From Candidatus Melainabacteria bacterium 17Bon1m (lineage in GTDB: Bacteria > Cyanobacteriota > Vampirovibrionia > Obscuribacterales > Obscuribacteraceae), in NCBI GenBank assembly GCA_032128875.1, contig JAVLKG010000002.1:928001-992000 (forward strand): DNA of 64,000 nucleotides, read 5' to 3'. The position numbers and the translations under genes were made by a program. The notes under the pieces were generated by a model. It saw only the letters and a program-made list of their open reading frames with translations. It was not told the origin of the DNA and made no database searches. Below are positions 1 to 9,825 of this stretch, piece by piece; positions within the stretch are counted from its first letter, which is position 1; the number at the start of each line of letters is the position of its first letter.

Positions 1-504
1 AGCGGTGTTAGCGTACGCTCCGACAATTTTTCCACGAGCCGGAATCGCGTTGTCTTCAACGCGTCTCCAGGCTGACACCTGCACTTTCAGCCCCGGTGCT
101 CCATGGAAGTAATCGCCGAACGGCACTGTGAAAATACACATGTCGCTCGGGTTGTCTTCCAAACTTGGTCCTACTCTTTGACCGGTCTTATAAGCTGCCG
201 GACGAACGTAAGTGTCAGTCTTGGGCTCATTCTTCTTAACTAGTTCGACTGAAATTTTGCAGAGTTCGTCAACTGAATACTTCATGTCGTCGAGGTGCAT
301 GATCTTCATTGAGTCTTTCATGCGCAGGAAGTGTTCTTTCAGGCGGAACAAATACATCTCGCCGTGTGCTTCATTCCAGTATCCTCGGATGCCCTCGAAA
401 ACTGCGGTTCCATACATGAATGAGTGATTCATGATGCTGATTTTGGCATTCTCAAGCGGAATAAAGTTTCCTTCGAAGAAAGCGTATTTGTGCGGATTGC
501 TCAC
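1..504 (-). CDS. ilvE: Branched-chain amino acid aminotransferase, 5' part (runs off the window start)
   Basis: Absent from the ORF track. The reverse strand from GTG at 504 reads VSNPHKYAFFEGNFIPLENAKISIMNHSFMYGTAVFEGIRGYWN, the class IV aminotransferase N-terminal YGxxxFEGxR motif. GAGGG RBS upstream. Confidence 0.92.
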   Translation of the reverse strand, partial: MSNPHKYAFFEGNFIPLENAKISIMNHSFMYGTAVFEGIRGYWNEAHGEMYLFRLKEHFLRMKDSMKIMHLDDMKYSVDELCKISVELVKKNEPKTDTYVRPAAYKTGQRVGPSLEDNPSDMCIFTVPFGDYFHGAPGLKVQVSAWRRVEDNAIPARGKIVGAYANTA

Positions 505-525
505 TTACCTACCCTCTTTGTGTTT

Positions 526-990
526 CTATTGTTGACCTTTGCAGAACTGAATGCGATCAGAAACGAGCTTTCTATTGCTCGCATCCGGCTTCAATTCCAA
601 ATACTTCTCAAAAGCTACTGCAGCTGATCTGAAGTCTTTATCGCTTTCTTGCATACAGCCTATTTCGTAATACGCGTCCGCAAAATTCGGATCGCATTGC
701 ACGGCTGCACGGAATTCGCCCTTTGCTTCGTCGAATTTGCCAAGCCGTTTGTACGATTTGGCAAGCATATTCCTCAACTCCGCAGAGCTGGGATATTTGG
801 TGACAAGCTTCAGAAAAGCGTCTTGGGCAACTTGATAGTTGCCTCTCTCGAATTCCGCAGTCGCTTTAGCCATAGGTTTGGCATACTTCTCTGCGTCTTC
901 TGAAGCATAAGCAAAAGACAGAGGGCAGAAGACTAACGCCGCTTGAATCAATGCGCACAGGCCAGTCTTCTGCCAAATCTGTTTTTTCAT
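526..990 (-). CDS. Secreted TPR-repeat protein
   Basis: Signal-peptide-like N-terminus and about 3 TPR motifs (LRNMLAKSYKRLGKFDEA, AYYEIGCMQE). Confidence 0.8.
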   Translation of the reverse strand: MKKQIWQKTGLCALIQAALVFCPLSFAYASEDAEKYAKPMAKATAEFERGNYQVAQDAFLKLVTKYPSSAELRNMLAKSYKRLGKFDEAKGEFRAAVQCDPNFADAYYEIGCMQESDKDFRSAAVAFEKYLELKPDASNRKLVSDRIQFCKGQQ

Positions 991-992
991 TG

Positions 993-2096
993 TTATTTAG
1001 TTGCTTCTTTCTTGAGTACGGTGCCGCTTGTGGTCATCGTAGTCTTCTGGAATGAGCTTCCAGAGCCGTCGCCGGAGCCCGGCAATGGAGTGATTACGAC
1101 AGCCGCTACATCGGTTGTCACCTTCTTCACTGAGTCGCCTACTTTGACACCGCCGCCCTTCGTGATGTCGCCGGTAGAGTTGTCTGCGTTCACTTCTTTG
1201 ATCTTGATGAGGGCGATTGTGCTGCTCATTTCTTTGAGCACCTTGCCGGTCACAGGATCTTTGATGGTCTTATACGGACGATCGACCGAGAGATGATCAC
1301 CGGCGGCGATGCCGTTTTGCTTGCCGACGTTGACGATGACTTCGCGGCCGGTTACATCGGCAACTCTGCCTTCAACGTTTTGCAATGCGAGAGATTGGTT
1401 GTCTGGAATCTTCGATGCCATCGCAATCAATTGTCCGCCCATTTGCTCAACAGCTTGGTTGGTGGCTTCACCTGCAAGCGAGGTCGAGAAGTCGGAGCTG
1501 TCTACGTCATAAGCACCGAACGAACTCGATGCCTTTTGTGATTCGCCGAGTCCATGGACAGCAGCGAGAATTTCGCCGGTGTTGGTGTCGGTGACTGTCG
1601 CGTCAATAGCTGTTCTTGCTTTTTGTTTGCGCGAACTTCCGTGGAAGCCGCCGAACAAACTGCCGACGCCGCCTACGTAAGGTATCGAAACTGGAATCGG
1701 CACCGATGGCGCAGAATAGGATGTACGTTTGTCTTCGAAACCGAAAGCAGTGATGGTGCCGTAGACAACGGCATCTACACCTAGCATTTTGCCGATTTTG
1801 TTAGCGGTGCTGGCGTCTGCTCTGTCGCTGGTCGAAAAGTTTTGCTCTTTCAGAATGGCGTCCAAGTGTTGGCGATCGATGAGCGAGTATGTGCCGTCAT
1901 TAACAAGCTTGGTGATCAACAGACTGGCAACGCCTTTGCCAAGGTCGTATCCGCCCAACGAACCGCTGACTGCGCCGTATTCAAACGGCAGTACTGCGAT
2001 TCTGCGCTTGGGACCAGCCATGGCTGCCTGCGGCAATAAGCTCACCGCCAGAAGCATGAGCATTGCGCCCAGTGCAATAGTCCGTCTTGCTTTCAT
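993..2096 (-). CDS. CsgG/HfaB-family envelope protein with FlgT-like C-terminal beta domain
   Basis: Signal peptide; KRRIAVLPF...LIDRQHLDAILKEQ...IGKMLGVDAVVYGTIT CsgG-like signature; C-terminal VIVNVGKQNGIAAGD...IKDPVTGKVL. AAGGAG RBS. Confidence 0.8.
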   Translation of the reverse strand: MKARRTIALGAMLMLLAVSLLPQAAMAGPKRRIAVLPFEYGAVSGSLGGYDLGKGVASLLITKLVNDGTYSLIDRQHLDAILKEQNFSTSDRADASTANKIGKMLGVDAVVYGTITAFGFEDKRTSYSAPSVPIPVSIPYVGGVGSLFGGFHGSSRKQKARTAIDATVTDTNTGEILAAVHGLGESQKASSSFGAYDVDSSDFSTSLAGEATNQAVEQMGGQLIAMASKIPDNQSLALQNVEGRVADVTGREVIVNVGKQNGIAAGDHLSVDRPYKTIKDPVTGKVLKEMSSTIALIKIKEVNADNSTGDITKGGGVKVGDSVKKVTTDVAAVVITPLPGSGDGSGSSFQKTTMTTSGTVLKKEATK

Positions 2097-2485
2097 TTAC
2101 AACTCTCCTTAATCCAAAATTCCATGAGACCGTCAGTTTCTAGACTCCGATATCCAAATGCTCGCTATTGTGCTTCTCCACTTCTTAGCATTTCGAGTTT
2201 AGTTTCCGCTTGAAAAGCCGCAGCATCTTGATCAAATAAGAAGTACGGCGCGGTTCTACAAATTAGGAGCTCCTTGACGGCCTTTTCGACAAATCATGGG
2301 TCCATTCGCACAGCGCTCCTGGGCAAAAAGTCTTATCAGGAGCGAGGTTAGTCTACTTGATAGCTGCGCTTAAAAAAAGGCGCTTCATATTAGAACGGCT
2401 CGCCGTCAGTATATTGATCTGTGGGTGGTTTGGATGCATGAACCTGCTGAACCACCGAAAACAGGGCGCAGTGACGCGTTTGGAT

Positions 2486-2507
2486 GTCGAAGTCAGGTGA
2501 CTTCGAC
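2486..2507. terminator. Perfect 10-bp inverted repeat, possible terminator of the 2533..3306 gene
   Basis: GTCGAAGTCA-GG-TGACTTCGAC, 25 nt past the stop codon; no clear U-tract. Confidence 0.45.
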
Positions 2508-2532
2508 TGTTAATTTATCTATCATCTGCTAT

Positions 2533-3306
2533 CTACTTGTGAGCCCTGTACTGCGACATGAGCGCGACAGCATTGCGGTAACGTTTTGATTTCTTGTTTA
2601 CCTGTCGCAAGGCTACGACTGCTTGAGTATAAGCACCTGCCCTGGCTTTGGACTTGGCGGTGCTGATCAACTGCATAGCTTCCTTTTCCATGGCGTATTC
2701 GTCCATAAGTGCTCGGACAGCTTTGAAACGCGGGGAGTCCGGACCGATCGCGCGCAAGACGGCAGTCGCTTCATCGTACTTGTCATCTTCCGCCTTCATC
2801 TCGGCTTCAATAATTCTCTTGCGAGTCTCGATTTCGATTTCGACCGCTTGTTGAATGGGCGGCAAAGAGCGATCTGTGACTGCCTGTATGACGTCTCTGG
2901 CGGCATTCTCAACGAGGCGCTTGTTCAATTGTTGTCCAGGAACCACATAGTCCTGATTGTATTTCTGCACCGAAGATGTCGTGATGACCTGCCCGTCACG
3001 TGTTTTGACGGTTACGGTTCCGTTATATCTGATTTGTCCGGTGACCTGGTCGTTTTTCTCGACGATAGTGCAGGTGATGAACCAGTCTGGGTTTACAGTG
3101 CTAATTACAATGTCCTGTGCGTTGGAGAGTCCCATGCTCAGGCGGTCGCACACCTCCTGCTCAATTCCGCTTTGACCACCTGGTGTCACCGACATTCGTA
3201 CCGGAGGCACTGCGGCAAACGCTGGAATCGACAGAGAGAGCGAGGTCGCGACAACCAAAGCCATAAAGAGGACCTTGTCTTTCACCCTGCTTACAAACAT
3301 CTTCAA
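2533..3306 (-). CDS. Hypothetical secreted protein (alpha/beta domain plus helical C-terminus)
   Basis: 257-aa ORF with signal peptide ending IPAFA-A; TPR-like helical C-terminus. Confidence 0.7.
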   Translation of the reverse strand: MKMFVSRVKDKVLFMALVVATSLSLSIPAFAAVPPVRMSVTPGGQSGIEQEVCDRLSMGLSNAQDIVISTVNPDWFITCTIVEKNDQVTGQIRYNGTVTVKTRDGQVITTSSVQKYNQDYVVPGQQLNKRLVENAARDVIQAVTDRSLPPIQQAVEIEIETRKRIIEAEMKAEDDKYDEATAVLRAIGPDSPRFKAVRALMDEYAMEKEAMQLISTAKSKARAGAYTQAVVALRQVNKKSKRYRNAVALMSQYRAHK

Positions 3307-3422
3307 TACCCCACCATCGAATGCGCGAAAGCTGTAAGAAACGAAAGGCTATTTTAAACCGTTTGTATGGTCGAAGCCATTTATTTGCTTACGTAGCCGA
3401 ACTTACTTGGTGGGCGCGTAAA

Positions 3423-3842
3423 TTAGGACTCAACTGGAAAAAATTCAATCCACATCACATCGGCATCTTCATTTCCTGTACTTGCCGCCAATCGTATTCC
3501 AGGAGACTCATATATTTCAGCATTGGTTGAATCATGCCGAACAAAATGAAGGTTGGGAAACATACTCTTGGCATATTTCAAAGAACCAGGAATTATGCCC
3601 TGCTCGGCTAAGACTCCTGAAATCCACAGTTTGGAAATCGTGCCTTGCTGTTGGAGCGATGTAACGCGAATAAGACCGTCTCGAAAGTCGAAAGAAAAAC
3701 CATTTGCCATTTCGGCAGTTTCACAAATGCCACCAAGTCTGTCGATTGCATCTTTGATGCTCGTGTGGCCCGGCACCACTCCCAGCCAACCTTGCTCAGG
3801 GCGCCATTCTTTGCTGATTAGAGAAGTATTGTCGGATATCAT
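3423..3842 (-). CDS. Hypothetical 139-aa protein, candidate immunity/inhibitor protein
   Basis: ATGA overlap with the upstream peptidase gene; internal duplication GVVPGHTSIKDAIDRLG / GIIPGSLKYAKSMFPN. Confidence 0.6.
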   Translation of the reverse strand: MISDNTSLISKEWRPEQGWLGVVPGHTSIKDAIDRLGGICETAEMANGFSFDFRDGLIRVTSLQQQGTISKLWISGVLAEQGIIPGSLKYAKSMFPNLHFVRHDSTNAEIYESPGIRLAASTGNEDADVMWIEFFPVES

Positions 3843-5185
3843 TTTTTCTTCTCCACTTTTTTGATTTTTTCTTCGAATGTTTGAATCTCAGCGCGCGCCT
3901 CTGCTGTGTTTTTGACTAGAATGCCATTTGGCGAGCGAATATATTTAGGTTCGCCGGAAGGTTCTTTACCATATCTTGCATTCAATTCTTGCTGGTCATG
4001 CTCTTTGACTGCGTCGTAGAGACGAGGACTGTCTTCGAGCAACTCTTGCCTGCGCTTTTCGTTAATGCGATACTTCATTCCTCCTTCAGCAAACATTTCT
4101 AGCGGGTTTACGAAATAGCGCGTAGACGGTTTTACAGCTGCCAGATCGCGAACTTGATCAAGTGTAAATTGCTTTGCGTCTTTTACTCTCGAGACTCCTG
4201 AACCTCGCTCGTTTTCCAGTCCGCCATGCTTGCCGCAAGCGCACCAACTGAATGCATCCTTGCAATGATCCTGATCTCGCCTATAGAGCTCGTCTTTCTT
4301 GCCAGTGAAGAGCCATTTCGTTTCATGAGTATTTGGATCTTCATAAGGTAGCCAGCCGAGTTTTCGCGCCCACTTTTCTTTTTCTTTGGGAGTATTCCAA
4401 TTGAGATTTTGTTGGGCATTGTGCATGAGTTCGTGATGTGCCACGGCCTCAATACTGTAGAGCTGATGCTTGCCCATCCTATCGGCGTCCTTTTCAGTAA
4501 TTGGCTTTCCTTCATTTGCACCGGGTTCGAAATAGATGGCTTGTCTGTTGTTTTTATCTTGTTGTATATGATATGCAAGAGCGACATCATGTTTGTAATA
4601 GTGTTGCGTCAGAAAGTAGAACTTCACTCCCTGAGAGCCATCCATAGTCAATTGGCTGGGTTGTGCTCTATAGAGCGCTGCTTCAATGCCGCTCAGTTCT
4701 GCAAGATTAGGGCTGCGCGCTTTTATCATGTTGCCGCGCCCCCAACTGCAATCGTCTTTCTGAACCCACTGTTTGAGTATGTCTTCACCATCTTGGCTGA
4801 AAGAGACTTTGAAGATCTTTTCGAGATCTGCGATTTTTTCGCGCTTCAATTTTGCCAACTCGGCTTCGGCTTTCTCTATGCCTTTCGCATTAGCGTCTGT
4901 TGAGATCAACTCCTTGTCCTGACCGTTGATCTTCAGAATGTAAAAATACTTTCCGTCTTTTGTTTCGACGGATACTCCATGTTTTTGCTCGAATTTCTGC
5001 GCCTCTGTAAGCGGCTGCTTGTTCTCTGCAGTGCCGTCCTTGCGTTCCAAGGCCCGTGGGCGCCCGCATAACTCTCCTTCTTCGCGCAATTGCTCTGGAG
5101 TCGCGGAGAATTTAGCGTCGTTAGTGTTTTCAGCGGAATTATCTGAAAAAGAATGTTTGGATAGCTGAAGCATAGATGCGTCCAC
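3839..5185 (-). CDS. Zincin-type metallopeptidase domain protein without signal peptide
   Basis: HHELMH (HExxH) motif plus downstream NPLEMFAE third-ligand motif. Confidence 0.7.
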   Translation of the reverse strand: MDASMLQLSKHSFSDNSAENTNDAKFSATPEQLREEGELCGRPRALERKDGTAENKQPLTEAQKFEQKHGVSVETKDGKYFYILKINGQDKELISTDANAKGIEKAEAELAKLKREKIADLEKIFKVSFSQDGEDILKQWVQKDDCSWGRGNMIKARSPNLAELSGIEAALYRAQPSQLTMDGSQGVKFYFLTQHYYKHDVALAYHIQQDKNNRQAIYFEPGANEGKPITEKDADRMGKHQLYSIEAVAHHELMHNAQQNLNWNTPKEKEKWARKLGWLPYEDPNTHETKWLFTGKKDELYRRDQDHCKDAFSWCACGKHGGLENERGSGVSRVKDAKQFTLDQVRDLAAVKPSTRYFVNPLEMFAEGGMKYRINEKRRQELLEDSPRLYDAVKEHDQQELNARYGKEPSGEPKYIRSPNGILVKNTAEARAEIQTFEEKIKKVEKKK

Positions 5186-5324
5186 CCTAAAGACGAAAAT
5201 CTACACTTCTATCCAGCCTGGTTATCATAGGCTCAGCCGTTGCACATGTGAATACGCGGAATTCCCATAAAGACTGAAAAGCTTTATCCTGCAGGTCAAG
5301 AGAGTTTTTTATTTCAACCTTAAA

Positions 5325-7208
5325 TCAGCGTTTCAGCCGTTTGAGGTCTTCTCTAAACTCTTGGACGCTGGAATATCTCTCTGCCAGTGGAGTAGCAGTT
5401 GCTCGAGCCACGATTTTGTCCAGCTCGGCAGAGACAAGTGCGCTATGGTTTGCAGGATGTGACGTACTGATGGGCTCCGGCTCTTTTCCTGTAAGGAGAT
5501 AAAACATTGTTCCGCCCAAAGAGTAGATATCGCTTTGTGGTGTCGGTTTGCCTCTGAATTGTTCAGCAGGAATATAGGCATGTTTTCCTACTACAGTTGC
5601 GGTGGCTGATGAATCTACTTGATACGCGACGTTGAAGTCCACAAGTTTGATATGTCCGTCGTCCTGCAGCATCAAGTTGTCTGGAGTAATGTCTCGATGC
5701 ACCAACGCTGGTGTCAGATTGTGCATGTACTCGAGAATATCGAGCGTTTGAATGGCCCAATCAATAACAGCTTCCTCGGTCTGTGGTCCAAGTCGGTCAG
5801 TTAGCGATTTTAGGGATTCTCCGGCGACAAAATCAAGAACCAAATAGCCTCTGTAGTCTTCGATAAAGGCATCTTTTAGTTTGACGATTTGCTCGTGATC
5901 GAGAGTGTTGAGTATTTCAGCTTCACCTTTCAACTTTTCAGCAGTGCGTTCTGCAGTCAGTTGTCCACGGTGAACAGGCAAAATATATTCTTTGAGCACA
6001 ACTTCCTGTCCACGCACAAGTTTCTTTTTCCCACCTGCCGCTGCCTGGTCAATTTTCAGAATGTGACGGGCTTCCTTGTTGCCCATGGAGACTTCGACTT
6101 TTCCATCAACACCAGAACTTCCATAAGCAGATTCAGGAATGTGATCTTTTTCCACAGTGGCAAGGTAAGCTGTTCCCTGACCGCCACCGCCAACGGTGCC
6201 AACGACCTTATACATGCCATCGCCAACCAGCATGTCTGGCTCCAGCAATCCACCTCTCGATCTATCTGTGGCCTTGGAGAAATACTTCAGCCAGAGCTCC
6301 GTATATGATTCGTCTGTCGCGAAAGCTGGGTCAACATTGAACTTCGCCTTCGGAGCGTGCTCCTTAATAAGGCTGAAGAAACTTCCAATATTGTTCTTCG
6401 CTGTGATGTCTGAAAGTTTGAGCCTGAAAACATTTCCTTCTTGCGTCGTCAGCAAGAAAACTGGCTGTTTGCCATGAAAAATGTCCCAGCGCCAAATCTG
6501 ATCGACGCTCTTAATCGCGGTCCATTTGAATGCAAGGTTGATTGGTCCAGAATATTCAAGCATTAAGTGACTGTCTGTCCAGTCTATTTCACGGGTCTTT
6601 GCCGAACGGGCAATATAAGTTGCCAGGGCCGTGGTTAGGGCACATCCGAAAGCGGCAAACGGAAGGAAGTTCAAGACGTCCTTCATGTCTTCCAAACCCT
6701 TGAACTCGTGACCTTCTGTCAGAGCTTTGAAAAACAGGTAGAGTGGATTGTTTGTCCAATCGAAATCAGGGAGCGAACCATTCGGCTGATGGTTCATTGC
6801 ATTGAACACCACCAGACCAATGATGATGACACCTGCTGCAAGAGCGAAACCCATCAGGTGCGAAGCAACGTCTAAAAACTGATTTACTCCCTGCCAGCTT
6901 TGATTGGAAGCTTCCATCGCGTCTTCATAGGGACTTTTGTAGTTCTTCAGCGCTTTGAAATAGGCATCATCGCCGTATTGCTTACGATACTTGTCGAGTT
7001 CTTCCTCGCGAAGCTTTTCTCGCCGGTCGTACCATTGTTCGTCGCTTTGTGCATCCTCAACTGGTGGCGCCTCAAAAACAAATGGTGGTGGAGACGTTTG
7101 CGATAATTGCGGTGTTGCTTGCGGAGACACTTTCAAGGTGGGTTGTGAAACCGCTTCCAGCGTGGGTTGGGCGAACGATTCTTTTTCGTGGTCTTTGAAC
7201 TGACTCAT
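5325..7208 (-). CDS. Membrane Ser/Thr protein kinase (N-terminal TMs, C-terminal kinase)
   Basis: GGGGQGTAY, VVLKE, HRDITPDN, DFN, SDIYSLG motifs; two hydrophobic segments upstream. Confidence 0.9.
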   Translation of the reverse strand: MSQFKDHEKESFAQPTLEAVSQPTLKVSPQATPQLSQTSPPPFVFEAPPVEDAQSDEQWYDRREKLREEELDKYRKQYGDDAYFKALKNYKSPYEDAMEASNQSWQGVNQFLDVASHLMGFALAAGVIIIGLVVFNAMNHQPNGSLPDFDWTNNPLYLFFKALTEGHEFKGLEDMKDVLNFLPFAAFGCALTTALATYIARSAKTREIDWTDSHLMLEYSGPINLAFKWTAIKSVDQIWRWDIFHGKQPVFLLTTQEGNVFRLKLSDITAKNNIGSFFSLIKEHAPKAKFNVDPAFATDESYTELWLKYFSKATDRSRGGLLEPDMLVGDGMYKVVGTVGGGGQGTAYLATVEKDHIPESAYGSSGVDGKVEVSMGNKEARHILKIDQAAAGGKKKLVRGQEVVLKEYILPVHRGQLTAERTAEKLKGEAEILNTLDHEQIVKLKDAFIEDYRGYLVLDFVAGESLKSLTDRLGPQTEEAVIDWAIQTLDILEYMHNLTPALVHRDITPDNLMLQDDGHIKLVDFNVAYQVDSSATATVVGKHAYIPAEQFRGKPTPQSDIYSLGGTMFYLLTGKEPEPISTSHPANHSALVSAELDKIVARATATPLAERYSSVQEFREDLKRLKR

Positions 7209-8668
7209 ACGTTCTCACCCAGCCGTCCTGCAATTTTCTCCACGGAACTCAATGAGAGACTTTCTTGCTGGTAGCTCTTTGTGTAAGCGCGTGCCAGAGC
7301 GACGACATCTTCGGCAGTCTGCAAGCGGTTTTCCGCTTCCATTGCTGTGCACTTCTCGATCAGCTCGTTCAATGCAGGATATTTCTCTTTGAGGTCATCG
7401 GGCAAAGAAGATTGAGACAGCGGCTCCGGATCAGTACCTGTTGTTAGATAGTAGAGTGTGCAACCAAGCGCATAGATATCGCTCTGAGTGGTTGCCTTGC
7501 CTCTAAACTGTTCGGGCGGAATGTAGCACTGCTTGCCGACCAGCGTGCCTGTCGCCGTGCCGAGGAGTTCATTTGCAGCACCGAAATCAATCAATTTGAT
7601 CGACCCCAGGCGATCGAGCACGATATTGTCCGGAGTTATGTCCCGGTGGATGATAGGTGGATCTTTTGAGTGCAGGTAGCTGAGAATTAGCGCCATATCC
7701 AGCGCCCATCGCATAACCAGGCGTTCGCCCTGCTGTCCGTGTTCTTTGACAAACGCACGCAAGTCGACACCATTGACGTGTTCCAGCATCAGGTAGTGTC
7801 TGTCGTTTTCTACAAAATGATCAAGCACTCGAGCAATATATGGATGATTCAGACCCTGCAAGATTTTCGCTTCCCTCTGAAACATTTCGATGGCTTTTTC
7901 TTTCATCGCCAGATCGGAATTGAGAGGAACCACAGCTTCTTTCACGATAACCGAGTCTCCCAATTTGTCTTTGCAAAGATAGACAGCGGAGAGACCACCA
8001 AAGGAGACTTGTCCGATTACTGTGAGCGTGTCACTTTTCAGTTTTGCTCTTGCTTCTAGTGGAACGAAGGCTGTGCTGCCGAACCGACTGGCGAGGTCTT
8101 GTTCCCACATTGCTGTAAAACTTCCGTCAGCCGAAGGCGCCGCCTGTGAATCGGGCATGACGGTCTCGATTGCCTTTTTATCAAAGCTGCATCTGGCTTC
8201 CGGGGCGTTCGAGCGAACGGCCACAACGAAGTCCTTCAGGTCGTTGTTGTTCATGCCGTTGAGATTAAAATGCGCCTCTCCCACCTTGAACTTCAGAATG
8301 AGTTCGTCATCCTTAAAATCCACGGTCTGCAAGTCTGACCACTTCTGGGTCCGGGTGAATCCCAAATTCAAGAAATATCGCCAGGGCAGGCGTAGCTCCT
8401 TTTCGTTAACTACAAATTTGGCGTCAAGGCAGACAAAAAGTCCGAAAAGTCCTACGCAGATTAGGCTTATGTAGAAAAGAAGGAGGGCAAATAGATCTTC
8501 ATAGCCGCTAATGCCAGCGCGGACAAGCGCTGCCAGCAGCCAGCTGGAAACATAAATGGACCACAGTCCCCAAACCGGAGACAGCGCAAGCAACACAGCC
8601 AGCCCGTTGCGCGCCTGGTCTTCCTTATAGTGGATATTCAGCTGTGGCTGGAGTTGGTTTTCTGACAA
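7205..8668 (-). CDS. Membrane Ser/Thr protein kinase, paralog of the downstream gene
   Basis: GGLSAVY, VIVKE, HRDITPDN, DFG, PEQFRGK; two TMs. Start placed at TTG 8668 because the ORF-track start at 8863 overlaps the divergent gene. ATGA overlap with the next kinase. Confidence 0.88.
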   Translation of the reverse strand: MSENQLQPQLNIHYKEDQARNGLAVLLALSPVWGLWSIYVSSWLLAALVRAGISGYEDLFALLLFYISLICVGLFGLFVCLDAKFVVNEKELRLPWRYFLNLGFTRTQKWSDLQTVDFKDDELILKFKVGEAHFNLNGMNNNDLKDFVVAVRSNAPEARCSFDKKAIETVMPDSQAAPSADGSFTAMWEQDLASRFGSTAFVPLEARAKLKSDTLTVIGQVSFGGLSAVYLCKDKLGDSVIVKEAVVPLNSDLAMKEKAIEMFQREAKILQGLNHPYIARVLDHFVENDRHYLMLEHVNGVDLRAFVKEHGQQGERLVMRWALDMALILSYLHSKDPPIIHRDITPDNIVLDRLGSIKLIDFGAANELLGTATGTLVGKQCYIPPEQFRGKATTQSDIYALGCTLYYLTTGTDPEPLSQSSLPDDLKEKYPALNELIEKCTAMEAENRLQTAEDVVALARAYTKSYQQESLSLSSVEKIAGRLGENV

Positions 8669-8845
8669 GATTGTCTTTTGGTAAGCGCGTGCATGCGAAC
8701 ACTTATATTCCCGAAAGTATGGGCCGATCCTCGGAGTCTGGCAGGGCGCCGCATAAATGCCTGCTAATGTATCGTCTCTAAAATTTCGGCGCAGAAGGCG
8801 ACCATGGTTTAGCAGTAGAGGCGGTGAAAGGCTCCAGCGGGCATA

Positions 8846-9808
8846 ATGGAATTTGAAATGCACGTCTTAAGTGGAGTGCCTGATTTGAGACACCCGGTTT
8901 TTGCTATACCGATAGTTATTTTGCTGGCTTGTTTCGCTTCCAGTTCGATGGATGACGCTGCGTCGGCGCGGCAGATCAGCAGGCAAGTTGGAACTTACTC
9001 TGATCGAGTGGATTCTTCCGAGAGGCTGGGAGCCAATGGGAGTTCAGGTTATATTCTCACGGCACGGTCCTCTAACAGAGGACTGTACATCACCCTGGTG
9101 ATACGCGGGTCCGTCGCTGCGAAGCTGGGATTGGAGCCGGGCGATGTGCTTCTGCAGTTAAACAATAAGGTCGTTTCTTCAGCCACTGAAGCGGATCGAA
9201 TCTTAGCTGCCACACCATCAGGGCCGTTGCGTTCGGTGTTTGTGAAACAGGCATCCGGCGCCCTCAATTGCTACAACCAGACGATTTCGTATACGAATGA
9301 TTCGCCGACAGAAAGCAGTCCCACCGGCGCGACCACTATTAGACGCGATGTGACGCTCGAGCGTATACAGACCAATGTACCTATTCAAACACTTGAGTCA
9401 TATTTGTGCGAGATCGTAAATTCCGATCGCTCTGCTAACGGAGTCGGCCGAGTCTCTTTGAGCAGCGGTCTCTCGTCTGTTGCGCGTGCTCATGCGGAAG
9501 ACATGATCAAGCGCGGATTTTTTGCACACGTTAATCCCTCCGGAATGGATCCGCGAGCCAGAGCTGCGGCAGCTGGTTATAACGTTGATGTTGCCGAAAA
9601 CATTGCCACCAAAAATGGTCCGATGTCGCCACAGCAAAAAGTTGCCGGTTGCGAAGCAACGATGATGGCCGAGCCAAAAGATGATCCGCACAATCACAGG
9701 GGCAATATTCTCAATCCAAAATTTGTTTGCGTCGGAATTGGATGCGCTTACGGTCCTGGTGGTGCAGTCTACTTCGCGCAGGAATTCTCTGCGACACCTG
9801 TACCCTGA
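8846..9808 (+). CDS. Secreted PDZ + CAP (SCP) domain protein
   Basis: PDZ-like VIRGSVAAKLGLEPGDVLLQLN; CAP motifs VARAHAEDM..RGFFAH, ENIA, HRGNILNP..VGIG. Confidence 0.85.
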   Translation: MEFEMHVLSGVPDLRHPVFAIPIVILLACFASSSMDDAASARQISRQVGTYSDRVDSSERLGANGSSGYILTARSSNRGLYITLVIRGSVAAKLGLEPGDVLLQLNNKVVSSATEADRILAATPSGPLRSVFVKQASGALNCYNQTISYTNDSPTESSPTGATTIRRDVTLERIQTNVPIQTLESYLCEIVNSDRSANGVGRVSLSSGLSSVARAHAEDMIKRGFFAHVNPSGMDPRARAAAAGYNVDVAENIATKNGPMSPQQKVAGCEATMMAEPKDDPHNHRGNILNPKFVCVGIGCAYGPGGAVYFAQEFSATPVP

Positions 9809-9825
9809 TTTTTGAAGGAAACTCT

